In this document: positions 51,443 through 64,000 of the stretch, piece by piece
How the letters are laid out: every line of letters begins with the position of its first letter
Position numbering within the stretch: position 1 is the stretch's first letter
DNA from: Felis catus
Taxonomy: Eukaryota
Direction of reading: 5' to 3'
Length of the DNA stretch: 64,000 bases
Assembly (NCBI RefSeq): GCF_018350175.1
Contig: NC_058375.1
Span: 204,290,001-204,354,000 of the forward strand
The notes under the pieces: model-generated
Seen by the model: the letters and a program-made list of their open reading frames with translations, nothing else
Told to the model about the DNA's origin: nothing
The model's database searches: none
Translations under genes and position numbers: made by a program

Positions 51443-52299
51443 TGTACATCGTACACTTCTGAGCTCACTGTCTTGGACCTTCTTTTGCAGAGAAGGACAG
51501 TTTCTGAAAAGGTGAGTTTCACAGAGAGCATCTCCTGAGAGGTAAAAGGTACAATCATAGCTGTAGTTCAGAAAACTCTGGTTCCACGCTCTGCCTTTCA
51601 AACCTTGGCTCTCCTTTTCTGTGATTTTTTACTTTGCCTCTGGGTTCAGACCTCAGAGCCCGCCTGGAGGGTTGAGAGGGTGGCCAAGAGATGATCCTGA
51701 TTTTACAAGTTCTTTAAGCCCTCCCTCCAGGGCTTGCCCAAAGGGCTGCATGGTTTCATTCCATTCCTTCTCTCTCTTTCTGACAAGTGACAGCTCTGGT
51801 TTTCACTTTCTTTGTGGTCAGACTTACCTCTGCTATTGAAGTGACCCTTTTACCCCCACCCCCAGAACAGCCATCAGCACCTTCTCCTCACTAGGCCAGA
51901 GAGCAGGAGAAGGTCTCCGTTCCACTATTGTTTGAAATAGGTCATTATTATTGTTCCCAGAAGTGGATGGTCAAAAGGCAAGTCGAGCAGGAGGCAGCAC
52001 TAGGGAATGCCAACGTTCTTCTGCTCTAGGAACTTATGATTCTGGGTGTAGAGGTATTTTTCTCTAAAATCTCCCATTGACAAAAAAATAATAATAGTAC
52101 TAAAATTAAGATAAATGGCACTATACTCTGTCTCTTGTTTATAGCAGTGAGCAGGCTGTCTACCGCAGTGAGAAGCAAGAGTTAGACTCTAGTCCTTCAA
52201 CATGGCCTCTGGCAAACTTTCTCGTGCAGCCCAGTCCCCAGGCTCTGCATCTTTGGTTCCCCAGAGCTGGCTGTTAGGTTGGAGACTTGTCTCATGTTT

Positions 52300-52526
52300 T
52301 CTTTTCTTTTTTTTTTTTAAGTTTACTTATTCATTTTGAGAGAAAGAGAGCATGCACACACAAGCAAGGAAAGGGCAGAGAGAGAGAGGGAGAGAATCCC
52401 AAGCAGGTTCTACACTATCAGCACAGAGCCCAATGAGGGGCTTGAACTCATGAATCAGGAGACCATGACCTGAGCTGAAATCAAGAGTCAGATGTTTAAC
52501 CGACTCAGCTGCCTGTCCAGGTGCCT
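52300..52526 (-). mobile_element. CanSINE (older)
   Basis: GAATCCCAAGCAGG...ATGACCTGAGCTGAAATCAAGAGTCAG...CAGGTGCC. Confidence 0.93.
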
Positions 52527-52709
52527 GGAACGGTCATGATTTCAAGAGGAGAGTGAGATTAAGGAGCTCGCTTCATAGGCCCTACCTAGGACAGTTTCTG
52601 AGAATCCTGGGATTCCACTAAGATGCCTTAGTGGCCACAGAAGGGTGGTGTGGGGGGGCTGAGACCTAGGGCTGAGACCTAGGTATGGAAGCTTCCATCA
52701 GAGCTCTAC

Positions 52710-53200
52710 ATTTATCATTCCTCTGACAAATGTTTACTGAGCCCCTCCAGATGCCAGGACTGTGCTAAATGCTGAAGATGTTGGAGATGACAGGCATGGT
52801 CTCTGTCCTTTTGGATAAGGACTGGGGAGTGCAGGTGGAGGGTGAGGGTGGAGGAAATAATTAGCAAGATAATTTTAGTAAGTGGTAATTACGGGAAAAT
52901 ATTAATAAAACATTTATAAACAGTGACTTGGAAAACTGCCTTAGTTACAGTGCTATACTGGGGAGGGGCAGTGACTCTGGTAGAATGATCAAGAAGAGAA
53001 TTTTCTAGGTAGATAGTAGACCACTACCATCTGACCACTGTAGAGGGCTAGCCAGAAAGGAAACTTAGCATATTCAGGAACCAGGGAAAGGTAAGTGTAT
53101 GTCAGAAGGGTCACATGGGCTTTGTAAATTATAATGCAGAGTCTGGGTGTTATATTATTAACTATGATCCAAGAATAACCATAAGATCATGGAGGATCTG
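52710..53200 (-). mobile_element. LINE-2 3' region
   Basis: ACAAATGTTTACTGAGCCCCTCCAGATGCCAGGACTGTGCTAAATGCTG...AGGCATGGTCTCTGTCCT. Confidence 0.75.
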
Positions 53201-54124
53201 TTGCTGCACCAGGCTCTACTGGGTGTTTTTCCACCTACACGCCATGCCTTCCAGCCAGCACCATAAAGCCTTTTCCTCTCCCGTGCCCAGCACCATTTAC
53301 TGAGCAAGATTAACATCATGTTCACTTTAAAGAAGACCTATTTAAAGGAATTTCACTGTTTATCTCACATGCAAAAGGGTGCATTTGGAGTTGAGAGGCA
53401 ATAAAGTGATAACGCGGAGTTCCAGTGGCTGAAAGTAAAATAAAATAAAAACCCTACTTGGTGGTATCCAGTTAGCTTGCTAATGTCCCTTGCTAATATT
53501 CTGGGCTCTCAATTCCAATATCTGTGCTTATCAGAAGATGCATTGCCCCTACCCTGTATCTTGCTGTTTTTCCTGGATTTCTATATCATTCCCTAGGTCT
53601 GAGAGCCTGTTTTAACTTTCTTCCTAGTCCTCTAGTCTGGGGAGGAAGGTCCTGTTCTGTTGTGTTTTTGCAGTCCTCTCCTGGAGCCTCCCCTGAGCTC
53701 CAGCTCAACATCTGACATCTCACCGTCACTGAAGGACTTCCAGGAGGTAGACTTCCTGCTGCCGGGTTGGGTTCCTGAGAACCACTGCTCTGGTTTTTCT
53801 ATACATTAAACCACTGCAGTAGGGACCACCCTCTTGGCAGTGCCTGGAAGCTGCCATGTTTTAGAGGAAAGAGCCTGGGCTTGGGCATTAGGTCTGGTTG
53901 CTCCCTTGCAAAGCTATTGTGAGGAATTCAGGGAAAAACAATTTAAAATTCAAAACAGGGAGTATTTTGCAAAATGCCACACATAGTAAGGACTCACCTT
54001 AGTTTCCTTCCTTCTGTCTTAAGGGGCAGCTCCCAATTCTGCTCTGAGCCTTTTCCAGCTGGTCCCATCCTTTGGTAGTTAACCAGATCATGGCCATTAT
54101 ATCCAAAAATAAGTGTAACAGCTA

Positions 54125-54355
54125 CAATAATCGTTGCTGTTTATTGAACCCTTATATTTTTCCAAGGGCTTATAAGCATTAACTCATTCCAACATTAAAA
54201 TAATACTTCTAGGAAAATGCATCAACACCTTTGACTCAATGAGGAAATTGGATCTCAGAGAAGTTCAGTAACTCTTCCAAGGTCACCTGGCTACTAAAGA
54301 ATGGAACTGGGACTCCAGGTCATGCATTACTGATTCTGCTATTTATGCTCTTAGC
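54125..54355 (-). mobile_element. MIR
   Basis: TTTATTGAAC...ATGAGGAAATTGGATCTCAGAGAAGTTCAGTAACTCTTCCAAGGTCAC. Confidence 0.85.
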
Positions 54356-55299
54356 TAGAGGAGTCTCCTAAGATATAATATCAAGAATTTATTAGCAATC
54401 CTGTCTCTGAGGAAGTACTCAGGTCTCACATTGAACATCTCTTGTGAAAGGCCCTAAAAACCCTGGTATTTCAAAATCTTACTTTTGCATAATGATACTT
54501 ATCACTCAACACAATATCATAAAGAGCAATTAGTGGATATTGTTAAGGGGATGTTGAAGAAGAATGACTGAAGCATAATCACAAGCCATGTTTCTCATTG
54601 ATCTTTAGCATCCTTTTTATTTGGCATTGACCCTACAGTATTGACCAGCTTGATGGCCATTAATCGGCTGGCTCAGGTTTTATCATTTCCAAATACATTT
54701 CTGCAAATTGGTGGTATGAGTTATTTTTGTCATAATGCGTCTATGCTTCCAGCTGTCATTTTAACTGAGAATTTGAAAGGTTAAATTAATTCAACCTTCT
54801 GTGACACTTTTTTCCTACTTTTATTATAGCCATTAATACATGGTACCATGATTTATTGCATATGTGTCATCCTGGGTTTCTTCATTTGAACTCTTTAGAG
54901 CAAGGATTATAATTTTTTAGTTATCTTCAAAAGAAATGGCTCCGGTAAGTGCCAAACATCATATCTAACATCTACACGAGCAAAACATTAGTGGAATGTA
55001 AGCGATTGTGTAAAAGTGTTTAGTGCACTCTGGATGGACTCTGTTGAGACTTGGCTTTGAGGGAGATACTTAAAGACTATGAGAAATTATCTTGAGCTTT
55101 TAGGGGTTAAATAATCTAATTTCATATATCTTTCCACCTGTTGAACACTGTATTAGTTCCATAGCTATCATGGCTGACTTTTCCATTACATTACTTCTCA
55201 ACATCCCTGCTTTATGCTCACCCCTGTATGGCCACAGCATAAGAAAAGAGTTCAAGAACAGTTGTTCTTTCTTTTTAGTAGGGAAGAAGTGATGGTAGG

Positions 55300-55490
55300 G
55301 TCTAGTACACATAGTATGCATACTAATGCTAGGCACAGAATTCTGCAGAGCAATGATGGAGAAGCTGTTATTACTCCTGCATTGCAAGGGAGCAAACTAA
55401 AGCTCACGAGGATTGAAAACCTTGCCTAGGTTACATGGCTGATAAATAGAAGGTCCTGAATTTGAAACCAGGTTTTAACTGGCTCTGCCT
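55300..55490 (-). mobile_element. MIR
   Basis: GCAAACTAAAGCTCA...CTTGCCTAGGTTACATGGCTGATAAATAG...ATTTGAAACCAGG. Confidence 0.75.
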
Positions 55491-56294
55491 CCTGTTGGTT
55501 TCAGCCACAACACAACCCCTTCCACGTTGGCAATCAGTCATCCTTTCCGTTTTCTCATCAGAAAAAAAAATCCAGTAAACATTTAATTGATATTAACAAT
55601 ATTGGGATTCTTTAAGTAACACTCCCACTTAATTGCATTTTATTTTTATAGCTTTGTCAACCAAAATAAGGCAGGTGGAGCACTGTCGAATTGGTGCTGG
55701 GAGGGGCTCCAAATGGGCATCAGAGGCTGAAAAAAACTGGGTAATGGTACAGGTAGCAGATTCTAAATGGGACAGACATGTAGATACTTCTTCATGTTTA
55801 AGGAAGGTGACAAGAAAGAACTGGGTCAATCCCAGAAAAATTCATAGAGGAGAGAGGACTTAGCTCATGTCTTAAAGAAAGAGACACAGCTTTTTTCTCT
55901 TGTATAGTGGGGTTGTTGAAATGAAGGCCTGGGAACCAACTCTGCAGTAAATAGTATAGCATTGGAGAAGCCACATCCCCGCAGTGACAATACAGAAGAG
56001 AATGTAACAATTTCTGTATAAATATAATTACCCTGTCTTGTACTTGGGGGTGTGTGGTCCATATGGGAAACACCTGCTCATCTTTCTCCTTCCCTTTCTC
56101 TTTCTTTCAGTGCCCTTCACCCCTGTGCACTCCAGCATCCTTTTTGGCCTACAAGTGCCTACAACAGAAACAGAATCGCAGAATATGTGATCTTTAGGGT
56201 CCTCAGAGATCCAAGGAGCGCAATCCGTGATTCATCAGGTGAGGGGACCAAGGACCGTTGAGTTGCTGCAGATCACACATTCAATGTTGGGGCA

Positions 56295-56460
56295 ATTAAT
56301 TCACTATTCAATTTGTTCATTCATCATGTGTTTTTAAGTACCTATGACATACCAACAATTATGTTTGTAGAATGAATGAATGAATGAATTAATGAATAAA
56401 TGAAGTGTTGAGGAAACCAGATTCAGTCTTGTCCTCCAGGAGTTTACACTTCAGTGGAAA
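56295..56460 (-). mobile_element. LINE-2 3' end with (TGAA)n
   Basis: TTCATTCATCATGTGTTTTTAAGTACCTATG...CTTGTCCTCCAGGAGTTTACA. Confidence 0.6.
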
Positions 56461-58640
56461 GGAAAAGCCAAGATTTGAGCTCCTGGCCAACTCTTGCTCC
56501 CCACCTCCTACCTTGCTTACATTAACCAGACCAGGACTTGGGGCCACTCTCACATCTCCTCTTGGTAGATGCCTCTCCCCAGAACAGCTCAGGAACTCAA
56601 AGACTTTCTACTCTCTTGGTTAAGATCTCGAAGTTGACAGAGAAAATATACGCTGTTACTTCATAGCGGTAAGGACACCAGAGAGAGTATTTCTGCAGTA
56701 GCATGAATCTCCTGGTGCTCGTCTGCCCTACAGCACTTCATGGAAGATGTGTTCAGCAGAAGCGGCCCATCACTCCCCAACATAGTTTTGAACCTCCTGT
56801 TCCAGCCCTGCTTTCTTCTTGTCTCATTGATGGTACTTAATTTTGTTTTTTTTTTTAGATCTGTAAATGTGCCTGATTAAACTATGGTTAGTCATTGTTC
56901 CAATGGACCTGGGAGAATTTCTGTTGCTTCCTATTATGATCTCATATCACTAGTTAAACTTTATTAAAACATAATATTTAAAAATTATATCACTACCACT
57001 GTGTAAAAAGACACATCAACTCATGACAAATTCTTCCTGTTCATACAGATATGCCCAAGATGTATGTGAAAAATTTCCTCTCCTTGGGCTTGGAAAAAAA
57101 GCATACATTTTTTTATCCACCCTCAGAGTTACAAATTCTTCAGAAGTTCTAAGATGAAAGCCTCTCCTCTCCATAAAAGGGAAGTCACAATTGGGTACCA
57201 GAAGAAAGAGTGAATGGAGCTAGAGAAATCTTGGCTCTCTAGAGCTCTCTGGACCCCAAGAAATTAACAACATTTTGGCATCTCTTTACATCGCCAATGC
57301 AAGAAAATTCAAACATTAGTGGGGCTGATATGCTCTGTACCTCCTTCAATTTATAACAGCTTAAATTGTACTTTGTCTCGGGCTCTGAAAGGACAATCCA
57401 AACTTACGATGGTACCAAAATCATTTGGAATAAAGATTTACTTTAACACTGCCAAGCAGATTAAATAACAGATATTACTTTTCTCTATCCTATTTTTCAT
57501 GACTTGAACTGTTACGAGTGTACCCCATCCAGCTCCATAATTGCCTAGCAGATTGTTAAAGGGTGGTTTTGAATTGTCACAGATGGTGCCACCTACAGCC
57601 GGTTCCTCAGTCCTTGTTTACTCTGCCAGTGGCCTTGGTCATGATCTCCTAATAGCTCATTTAGAAGAGAAGAGGGAACCATGGAGACTTTCTGTTCACA
57701 GTTCACTCACATTTAGCAGCCAATGTTATATTGCCATGGATACAATGGTGCAAGGGTGTGGGCAACTCCTGATTATGCCACCCCATTTCCAAATTATGAC
57801 TCAGGCTATACGAATAGTGGAACTATCCTGTATATGTGGCAAAAAATTAAAGTACTGAAATTATCACAGCAAATACCTGTTTATCAAATATTCAAGGCTG
57901 CAATCATTGATGTCTAGCCTAGCTTAATACTATAGAAAAAGCTGTTAAGATGATGTCAAAACTGAATTCAATTAAAATGTATAAAAGTGGCTGTAATGTT
58001 TCTAGGCTGATGTTATACCTGTATGTCCTATGAATGAGTTATCAGATCTTCTATCACTTTTCTTCTACCCCTTTACATCACATGTGAATCTCAAAAATTT
58101 CTTGGAACGTCCATGGGGCATACTGTTTGAAAGCCCTTTAAGTATAATCAAGAGTTATTCAAATACTCTTTATCTTAATGATCATGGTTGTTCTCCTTCT
58201 CCACCTCCCCCTCTTCTTCATCTTCTTCCTCTTTCTTCTTGAGAAAATAGGAGCGTATTTTGGAAGAATCATGGGGAAGCCAAACAACACTATCCTTTGC
58301 AACCTACTTCCCCGCCCCCCAATTTTTTTTGACATTTTAGAGAAGAGAAAATAAATATTTGACTGTTAGATGTTGAGTATAACCAAAATCTCTGTCTCTG
58401 TCAAATTGTAGGTCATACCCTTTGTGTGTCTTCACTAGCACCACAGCAGACATTTTATATGATTGTCCAAATGATTCAAGCCTCTGTCTGATTTTTCTGG
58501 ATAATTGGAGAAAATACGTATATAGAATATAGCATAATTACTGGATAATAATGGATGCTTTCATGCATCATTTCCTCCTGAGAAAATAATCCTGGCTTAT
58601 ATTTCAACTATGAATTCTATTAGATGGTTCTAAAATTATT

Positions 58641-58755
58641 CAGAGAAAGTGAGAGAGTGAGAATAAGACAGGGAGAGAGAGAAAAGAGGAAAAAAGCAGA
58701 GAGAAAGAGGGAGAAAGAAGGAGAGAACGGGGTGGGGGAGAGAGAGAGAGAAAGG

Positions 58756-58799
<44 letters not shown>
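58641..58799. repeat. GA-rich low-complexity tract ending in (GA)n
   Basis: Directly visible polypurine tract. Confidence 0.95.
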
Positions 58800-58801
<2 letters not shown>

Positions 58802-60261
58802 CAGGAACATGTTATAAAGAACAATTAAAACAAAAATGTGTTGCCATTTTTGGTTCTCCTTTGAGAAACCACCAAAGGAACCATAAGGATTTGAGAGTGT
58901 TTTATTAATATTACTATCAGATATATACTCCTTATGAAAGCTTTGCTCATGACAAATGAAGGTCTAGGAAACTCATTCACCATCTAGAATTTAGTCTGTC
59001 TTTGGAACCTCACATAGGGGAAAAAAACACAAAGGGATTTCATAAGAAGGAGAACAGAGCTAACTGAGGTTAAAATATTTTGGATGAAGATGTGAAATAT
59101 TCCATGTAAGATGTAATAAATTGGAAGTTAAGTTTTTAAAAAATCACTTGGTACAGATAATCGAATAAATATCTAAAAATGATAACAAATGACTGTAATA
59201 CGTAGAATAAAATTCTAAGAAAAAGATGTATTTGTTAAAATCACCTTCAAAATGTATTAAAATTAGCATTTAAAACGGAAAAATCCTACAACACCGAGAA
59301 ATTTAGATTCTTTTTTAAAACTATGTAGTCCAAATCCTAAAACAATTCTGGCACTTGTGGCTGACAAATCATTAAAGTTTATCAGAGAAATAAAATTAGG
59401 CCAAAATTTTGTCCATCAAACACAATGTCTTTGACATTTTAACATATGACCATGAAGCTGGCCAAGTTTGAATTTTCTTTTTCATATTTTTCTTCTTGTT
59501 TTGCAGGATGTTTCTGGAATCTTTGTCCAAGTGTTTTTTTTTTTTTTTTTTTTGGTGGTATTTATTTGGAGAAAATGAAAATAGAAGTTATTCTATGTTA
59601 AAAGAATACAAATGAATCAATCTCAAATAGTTTTGCGGAGTTAGAGAAAAGAAGGAATAATGGTCTACATCCTCCTCAAAAAATGTTTTTTAATGTGACA
59701 TGCTTTTTATATATACATTTCTGCCCACGATAAAGTTAGAGAAATGGCAATGACAAGTCTAGGTCATGATAAGAAGGTCAGTTTCTAGTCTAGACACTGT
59801 CTTTGATAACAATAAGCATTTTCAGAGAGCCAGGGAAAGCATATCCCTTTCAGAAAGGTAATGAGATAGGTAATGTGTTCTTATATTACCAATAATTGAC
59901 CCAGAATTAAAAGCAGACATTTTCCCCCTTCCCTAACTGGCTTATGCATCAAACTAGATAGCAGCTTCTCTGTAATAAATGAAATTCAGGGAAAGGAGAA
60001 TAATTCTGGTTTTAATGAAGGTGATGCATTGCTACAGATCGTATGACTATGTTGCATATTCATTATTATATTAGATACTATGTGCATTTTGATAATGACC
60101 TCATTGAATCCATTATATGAATCTATATGGACTAAACAGTATTCACTCAGTTTGATCTCTTATTCCTTAACATCCGACTTTCATTCTTGTTTGTTATGAT
60201 TTCTTGAGGGATCTCTGTCATTTATTTGTTTCTAGCTACACTTTTATTATCAAGGATTTAT

Positions 60262-60266
<5 letters not shown>

Positions 60267-60303
<37 letters not shown>

Positions 60304-60392
60304 GGGTGTGATATATAAGGCCTCTCTCTATAGATATAGATAGATATAGATATATAGATATATAGATATATAGATATAGATATAGAGAGAGA
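60267..60392. repeat. (AT)n plus (TATAGA)n-type microsatellites
   Basis: Directly visible. Confidence 0.95.
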
Positions 60393-60767
60393 CATATAAG
60401 AAGATACTAGGCATTTGTCTCCTTTTTGGTTTCTCCTTATTGCAAAGGTGAGCTTTGCTGGTTCTGAGAGCAGAATTCAGCCTGCAAAAGCATGCTGGAG
60501 CTAGCTGAATTTCAACTTCATCAGGTTACAATGCAAAAATATCATGACAAAAGAGTGTGTTTCATCTTGTCTTTTGATGAGCACAGCACAAAGTAGAAAA
60601 TGTTCCCTTTTAACACCGCCTGCCAAATTTCTAAACTGGCGCCCTAATTACACCCTTGCAACATGAAGGCTTGTCCATTTGTACATCAGTGGAGAGCAAA
60701 TACTGCAGCGCACTGGAGGGTTGGTGCTGTCCAATGAACTAAGAGACTGGGGAAATGGCTCTTTCCC

Positions 60768-61003
60768 TTTTAACATTTTCCCCATTTTATGATGAAAATC
60801 TTCAAGCACACGGCAAAGTTTGAATTTTTCAGTGAACACCCAAATACCGTCCACCCAGATTTTACCATTAACATTTTACTGCATTTTCTTTTCCACATGT
60901 CTATCCCTCTAACCATTCTTCTGTCTGTACATCAACCCGTCTTATTTTTGTGATGCATTTCAAAGTGAATTGCAGTACCGTTCCCTAAATACTTCAGCCT
61001 GCT
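60768..61003 (-). mobile_element. Old L1 (L1MC/ME) 3' end fragment
   Basis: TTTTATGATGAAAATCTTCAAGCACAC...TGAACACCCAAATACC...TGATGCATTTCAAAGTGAATTGCAG...CCCTAAATACTTCAGC. Confidence 0.75.
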
Positions 61004-62738
61004 ATAATGGTTTTGATGAAGAAAATGGATGCATTTCTCCCGACCAACTTTGAAAGGGCAATTTTGCAGAGGCGAATAAAGGTAGAGGAAATTATTTTCC
61101 AGGAACAAAGATATGAAGAAAAATAAGTTTTGAGACACCACACAGGGTCATTTTATAGACCACTGTTCTAGTTCCTGCTGGAATTTAAATCAATATGCCT
61201 TTTTTTCCCCTCTCAGTGGCAAGAGAGAATTGTTCGCCATCAGATTTATGTGACACTCTTTGGACTCAGCAACACATTGGTATTAACTTGGTACCAAGTC
61301 ATGCTTAAAATATGAGAATTGCTGGTGGATTTTGTTTTTATACCACCAGACAGATGCAGGACAATTTTGTTCATATATACTATTGAAACCAAATAGTGTA
61401 GATGAGAGGACTTGAGCTTAGAGTGAGATAAAAGTTATCCTTTCATTAGACCACTGGTTTGCTAAAATGAGGACCATTAAATATGCAACAAAGAAATCAA
61501 GACACTCACTCCTCTCTGCAAATTATGATGTTGCTCTTCAGTGTGTAATGACATAACTGTAATTGGTAGAAGATAGTTGAATAAAGTACAAGCAATGTTA
61601 GGGTGTGATAAAGAAGCGAAGCAAGGAGCGTCAAATGGGAGATACAAGAATAATCCACTGTACAAGAATTCTTGAATTGGAAACAAAGATAAATTATATA
61701 GAGCCTTTTTCAGTCTGCCATATACATGGAATGAGAGATGATTTAATTTGAGGATGCTTCCTACTTAAGTAATTCAGGAATAGATACCATGGGGCAGGGC
61801 AGTGCTCAGCGTGAAATGATTATAACATGCAACCTGTGTGGCAAAAAAGAGTAGACTCACTCCTACTGCCCGGGGGCAGAGGATGACTGGAGGTGGAAAA
61901 CAATCATGGAAGCATCAGAAAGGTTGACTGGGGCAGACCTAAGGTTGAGTTGAAGGAAGAAGACTTGAAAGCCCACCAGGTTTAGACAAAACGGGAGAGG
62001 ATTTCGGTGGGTGGTAAAGGAGAGAAAACGGACTATGATGGTTGAAGTTAGGGAGGGGAAAATACTGAAAAGAGGAGATAGAAAGAGTGAGAGACAACCA
62101 TCTCTTTTCGAAGAAACAACATGGGACATGGTCTCCACTGGCTTCCAGGGCTGGGACTCCTCATCCTTTTGTTTGTTCAGAAACTGCTACACGTATTTAT
62201 GGCTGAGTAGATCAGATCTGATATCCTCTGGACAACATTCCTTAGTTCCTTTTCTCATATAGATCTGTGTCTAGCACACAGATCTATCACATCCACCAGG
62301 GGACACTCACACGAAGGGGCATCTGAAAAGAAAAGAATGATCACATACAGAGAAATATCATATAATGAGAGATCTGGACAAATGCCAGCCTTCTTACTTA
62401 TAGAAGGAGTCAGTGATTCATCTAAGTTTACACAGCCAGTTTATTAAAAACATAGGACTCTATCTTGACTTCTAGTCAAACATTGTTCAGGGGAAATGAA
62501 AGAAGGAGAGAATGGGAGAGAAGAGTTCATGGCGGGGAGAAGGAAGAGAGGAGGGAAAGGGAAGAGAGAAAAAAAAAAGAGAGGTAAAACAGTTCACAGT
62601 CCCTGAAAATGTTTGTTTTCTTTTTAACCATTTTAAATACAAGTTGAATTCAAATAAAAACACACATAAATAAATTAAAAACAATTTATTTTAAAATATA
62701 TTTATACGCACTATATATTCCACTTTATGAGCAAACAA

Positions 62739-62747
<9 letters not shown>

Positions 62748-62773
<26 letters not shown>
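62748..62773. repeat. (AT)n microsatellite
   Basis: Directly visible. Confidence 0.95.
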
Positions 62774-62779
<6 letters not shown>

Positions 62780-64000
62780 AATATTCCTCTTCATGGGTAA
62801 TCTATATTATATATAAGATTATATATAAGCTCTCATTGTCTCAGGCTAACCAAATGACTTGATTTGTAATTACTGTAGGTGTCCTTGATTTCACTAACAT
62901 TCTCACTAAAAAGAAAACAAAAATCTAGATTTTAAAATGTCCATAAATTCTAATCTTATCTTTATTCTCCCCATCTACTTTCAGTTTCAAACGTTCTGCT
63001 GTCCTTTAGACTAAAAGCTAGGGCAGAGGAAGAGCTTGCTCATTTCACTGAGGTTGCAAGCTATTAATGGCAATTTGCAGAGTGATACCAGACAAATACA
63101 ACCATTGCCTTCTTCCCTACTTTCTCTCCTTTAAATATTATACACATTTAACATATGTACATTTTAAAAAGGAAAACTTCAATAACCAAGGATTAGCTCA
63201 TATAAGTAATTCTCCATATAATTTTTGTAGAAAGGAAAAGAGACTATCACTTGAAATTTTCTGGAAGATTCCTTAGGGATCTGTAACATAATAGCTCTGC
63301 TTTGCCACCCAAGGACCCCCCACCCCCCAACTCCCCAGCTTCTTAGTCTCCCTCCTTTTTTACCCTCCCTTGACACACATTAACTCCTTGCTCACCGAGT
63401 GTTCTCCACTTTTCAGAAATGGTTTTCAATTTCTTCTCCTTTGTCCTTTTCTCCAAACCAGAAGTCAATGGTAATCTATTTTATACCCACCTTTGCTGGA
63501 ACCCATCTATTGTCTACTTGATAATGGAAGAAATTTGAATTTTAGCAAAGGCATAGTTTAGTATAAGTACAATCGATAAGCAGTAAATATAGCCCCCAGA
63601 GATTTTGAGAACAAAAATATTTTCTACATCATGCATGCTAAAAGAAAAAATAAAGTCTCCTTTTAATACTCAGAAAGAGATTAATGAGGTAACTTAGTTT
63701 TAGAAGTTTTTTATTGGGTCTTTGCCAAAAGGGGTCATATGGATGCACTTTTTATTTTCACATTATATGTGATATTTTCCTATCTATGTCAACAGAGGCT
63801 GCGGCATTGTACAAAAGATAAAGGGACCATAAGGTGAATCATCAGATGTATTTTTAGAAATAAAAAGTGATTGACAAATACAGATTTTTTTATTTGCTCT
63901 GTATCTTTTGCTCCATAGTTTTTATATAATTCATGCATCCATCCCTCCATCCATCAGTCCATCCTTCCACTCATTTGGCTGATATATAATGTATCTGAGG

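Noticed and set aside
1246-51601. Family of similar short ORFs (MAQSVKR...SPASGSVLTAQSLEP)
   Set aside because: These are translations of CanSINE bodies, not a gene family.
52656-52681. 13-bp tandem duplication GGGCTGAGACCTA (similar ones at 2948-2974 and about 17320-17342)
   Set aside because: Ordinary slippage micro-duplications.
58624-58908. Charged ER-repeat ORF
   Set aside because: Translation of a (GA)n tract.
59470-59555. Strong acceptor-like polypyrimidine tract ending TTGCAG
   Set aside because: Followed by poly-T with no convincing donor or reading frame.
60722-60745. REST/RE1 site
   Set aside because: Only the GGACAGCACC half is present on the minus strand; the other half does not match at canonical spacing.
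1-64000. CRISPR array, operon or prokaryotic defence system
   Set aside because: No regularly spaced repeat-spacer array and no gene-dense region; the repeat content shows the DNA is mammalian.

Overview
This is mammalian genomic DNA from a cat-family (Felidae) draft assembly. The lineage call rests on about 22 tRNA-derived carnivore SINEs (CanSINEs), including young copies of the feline SINEC_Fc type. The window is AT-rich and CpG-poor, has four N-gaps, and looks intergenic or deep-intronic. A large part of it is interspersed repeat: CanSINEs, decayed L1s, L2, MIR, MaLR/ERVL solo LTRs, hAT DNA-transposon fossils (MER3, MER33, MER53, MER63, MER102, MER5A-like) and microsatellites. Repeat subfamily names are from recall of consensus sequences and need RepeatMasker/Dfam confirmation. 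I recognise no protein-coding gene, rRNA, real tRNA or CRISPR array; the ORFs in the track are repeat-derived or consistent with chance. I cannot support a novel multi-gene biological system here. The leads most worth checking are: nested and same-site retrotransposon insertions, an inverted pair of young SINEs, templated-insertion-like junctions, candidate exons (26.2-26.7 kb, 3.4 kb, 34.2 kb), a run of same-strand SINEs followed by a SINE-free stretch with enhancer-like blocks, and a hairpin beside a CTCF-like motif.
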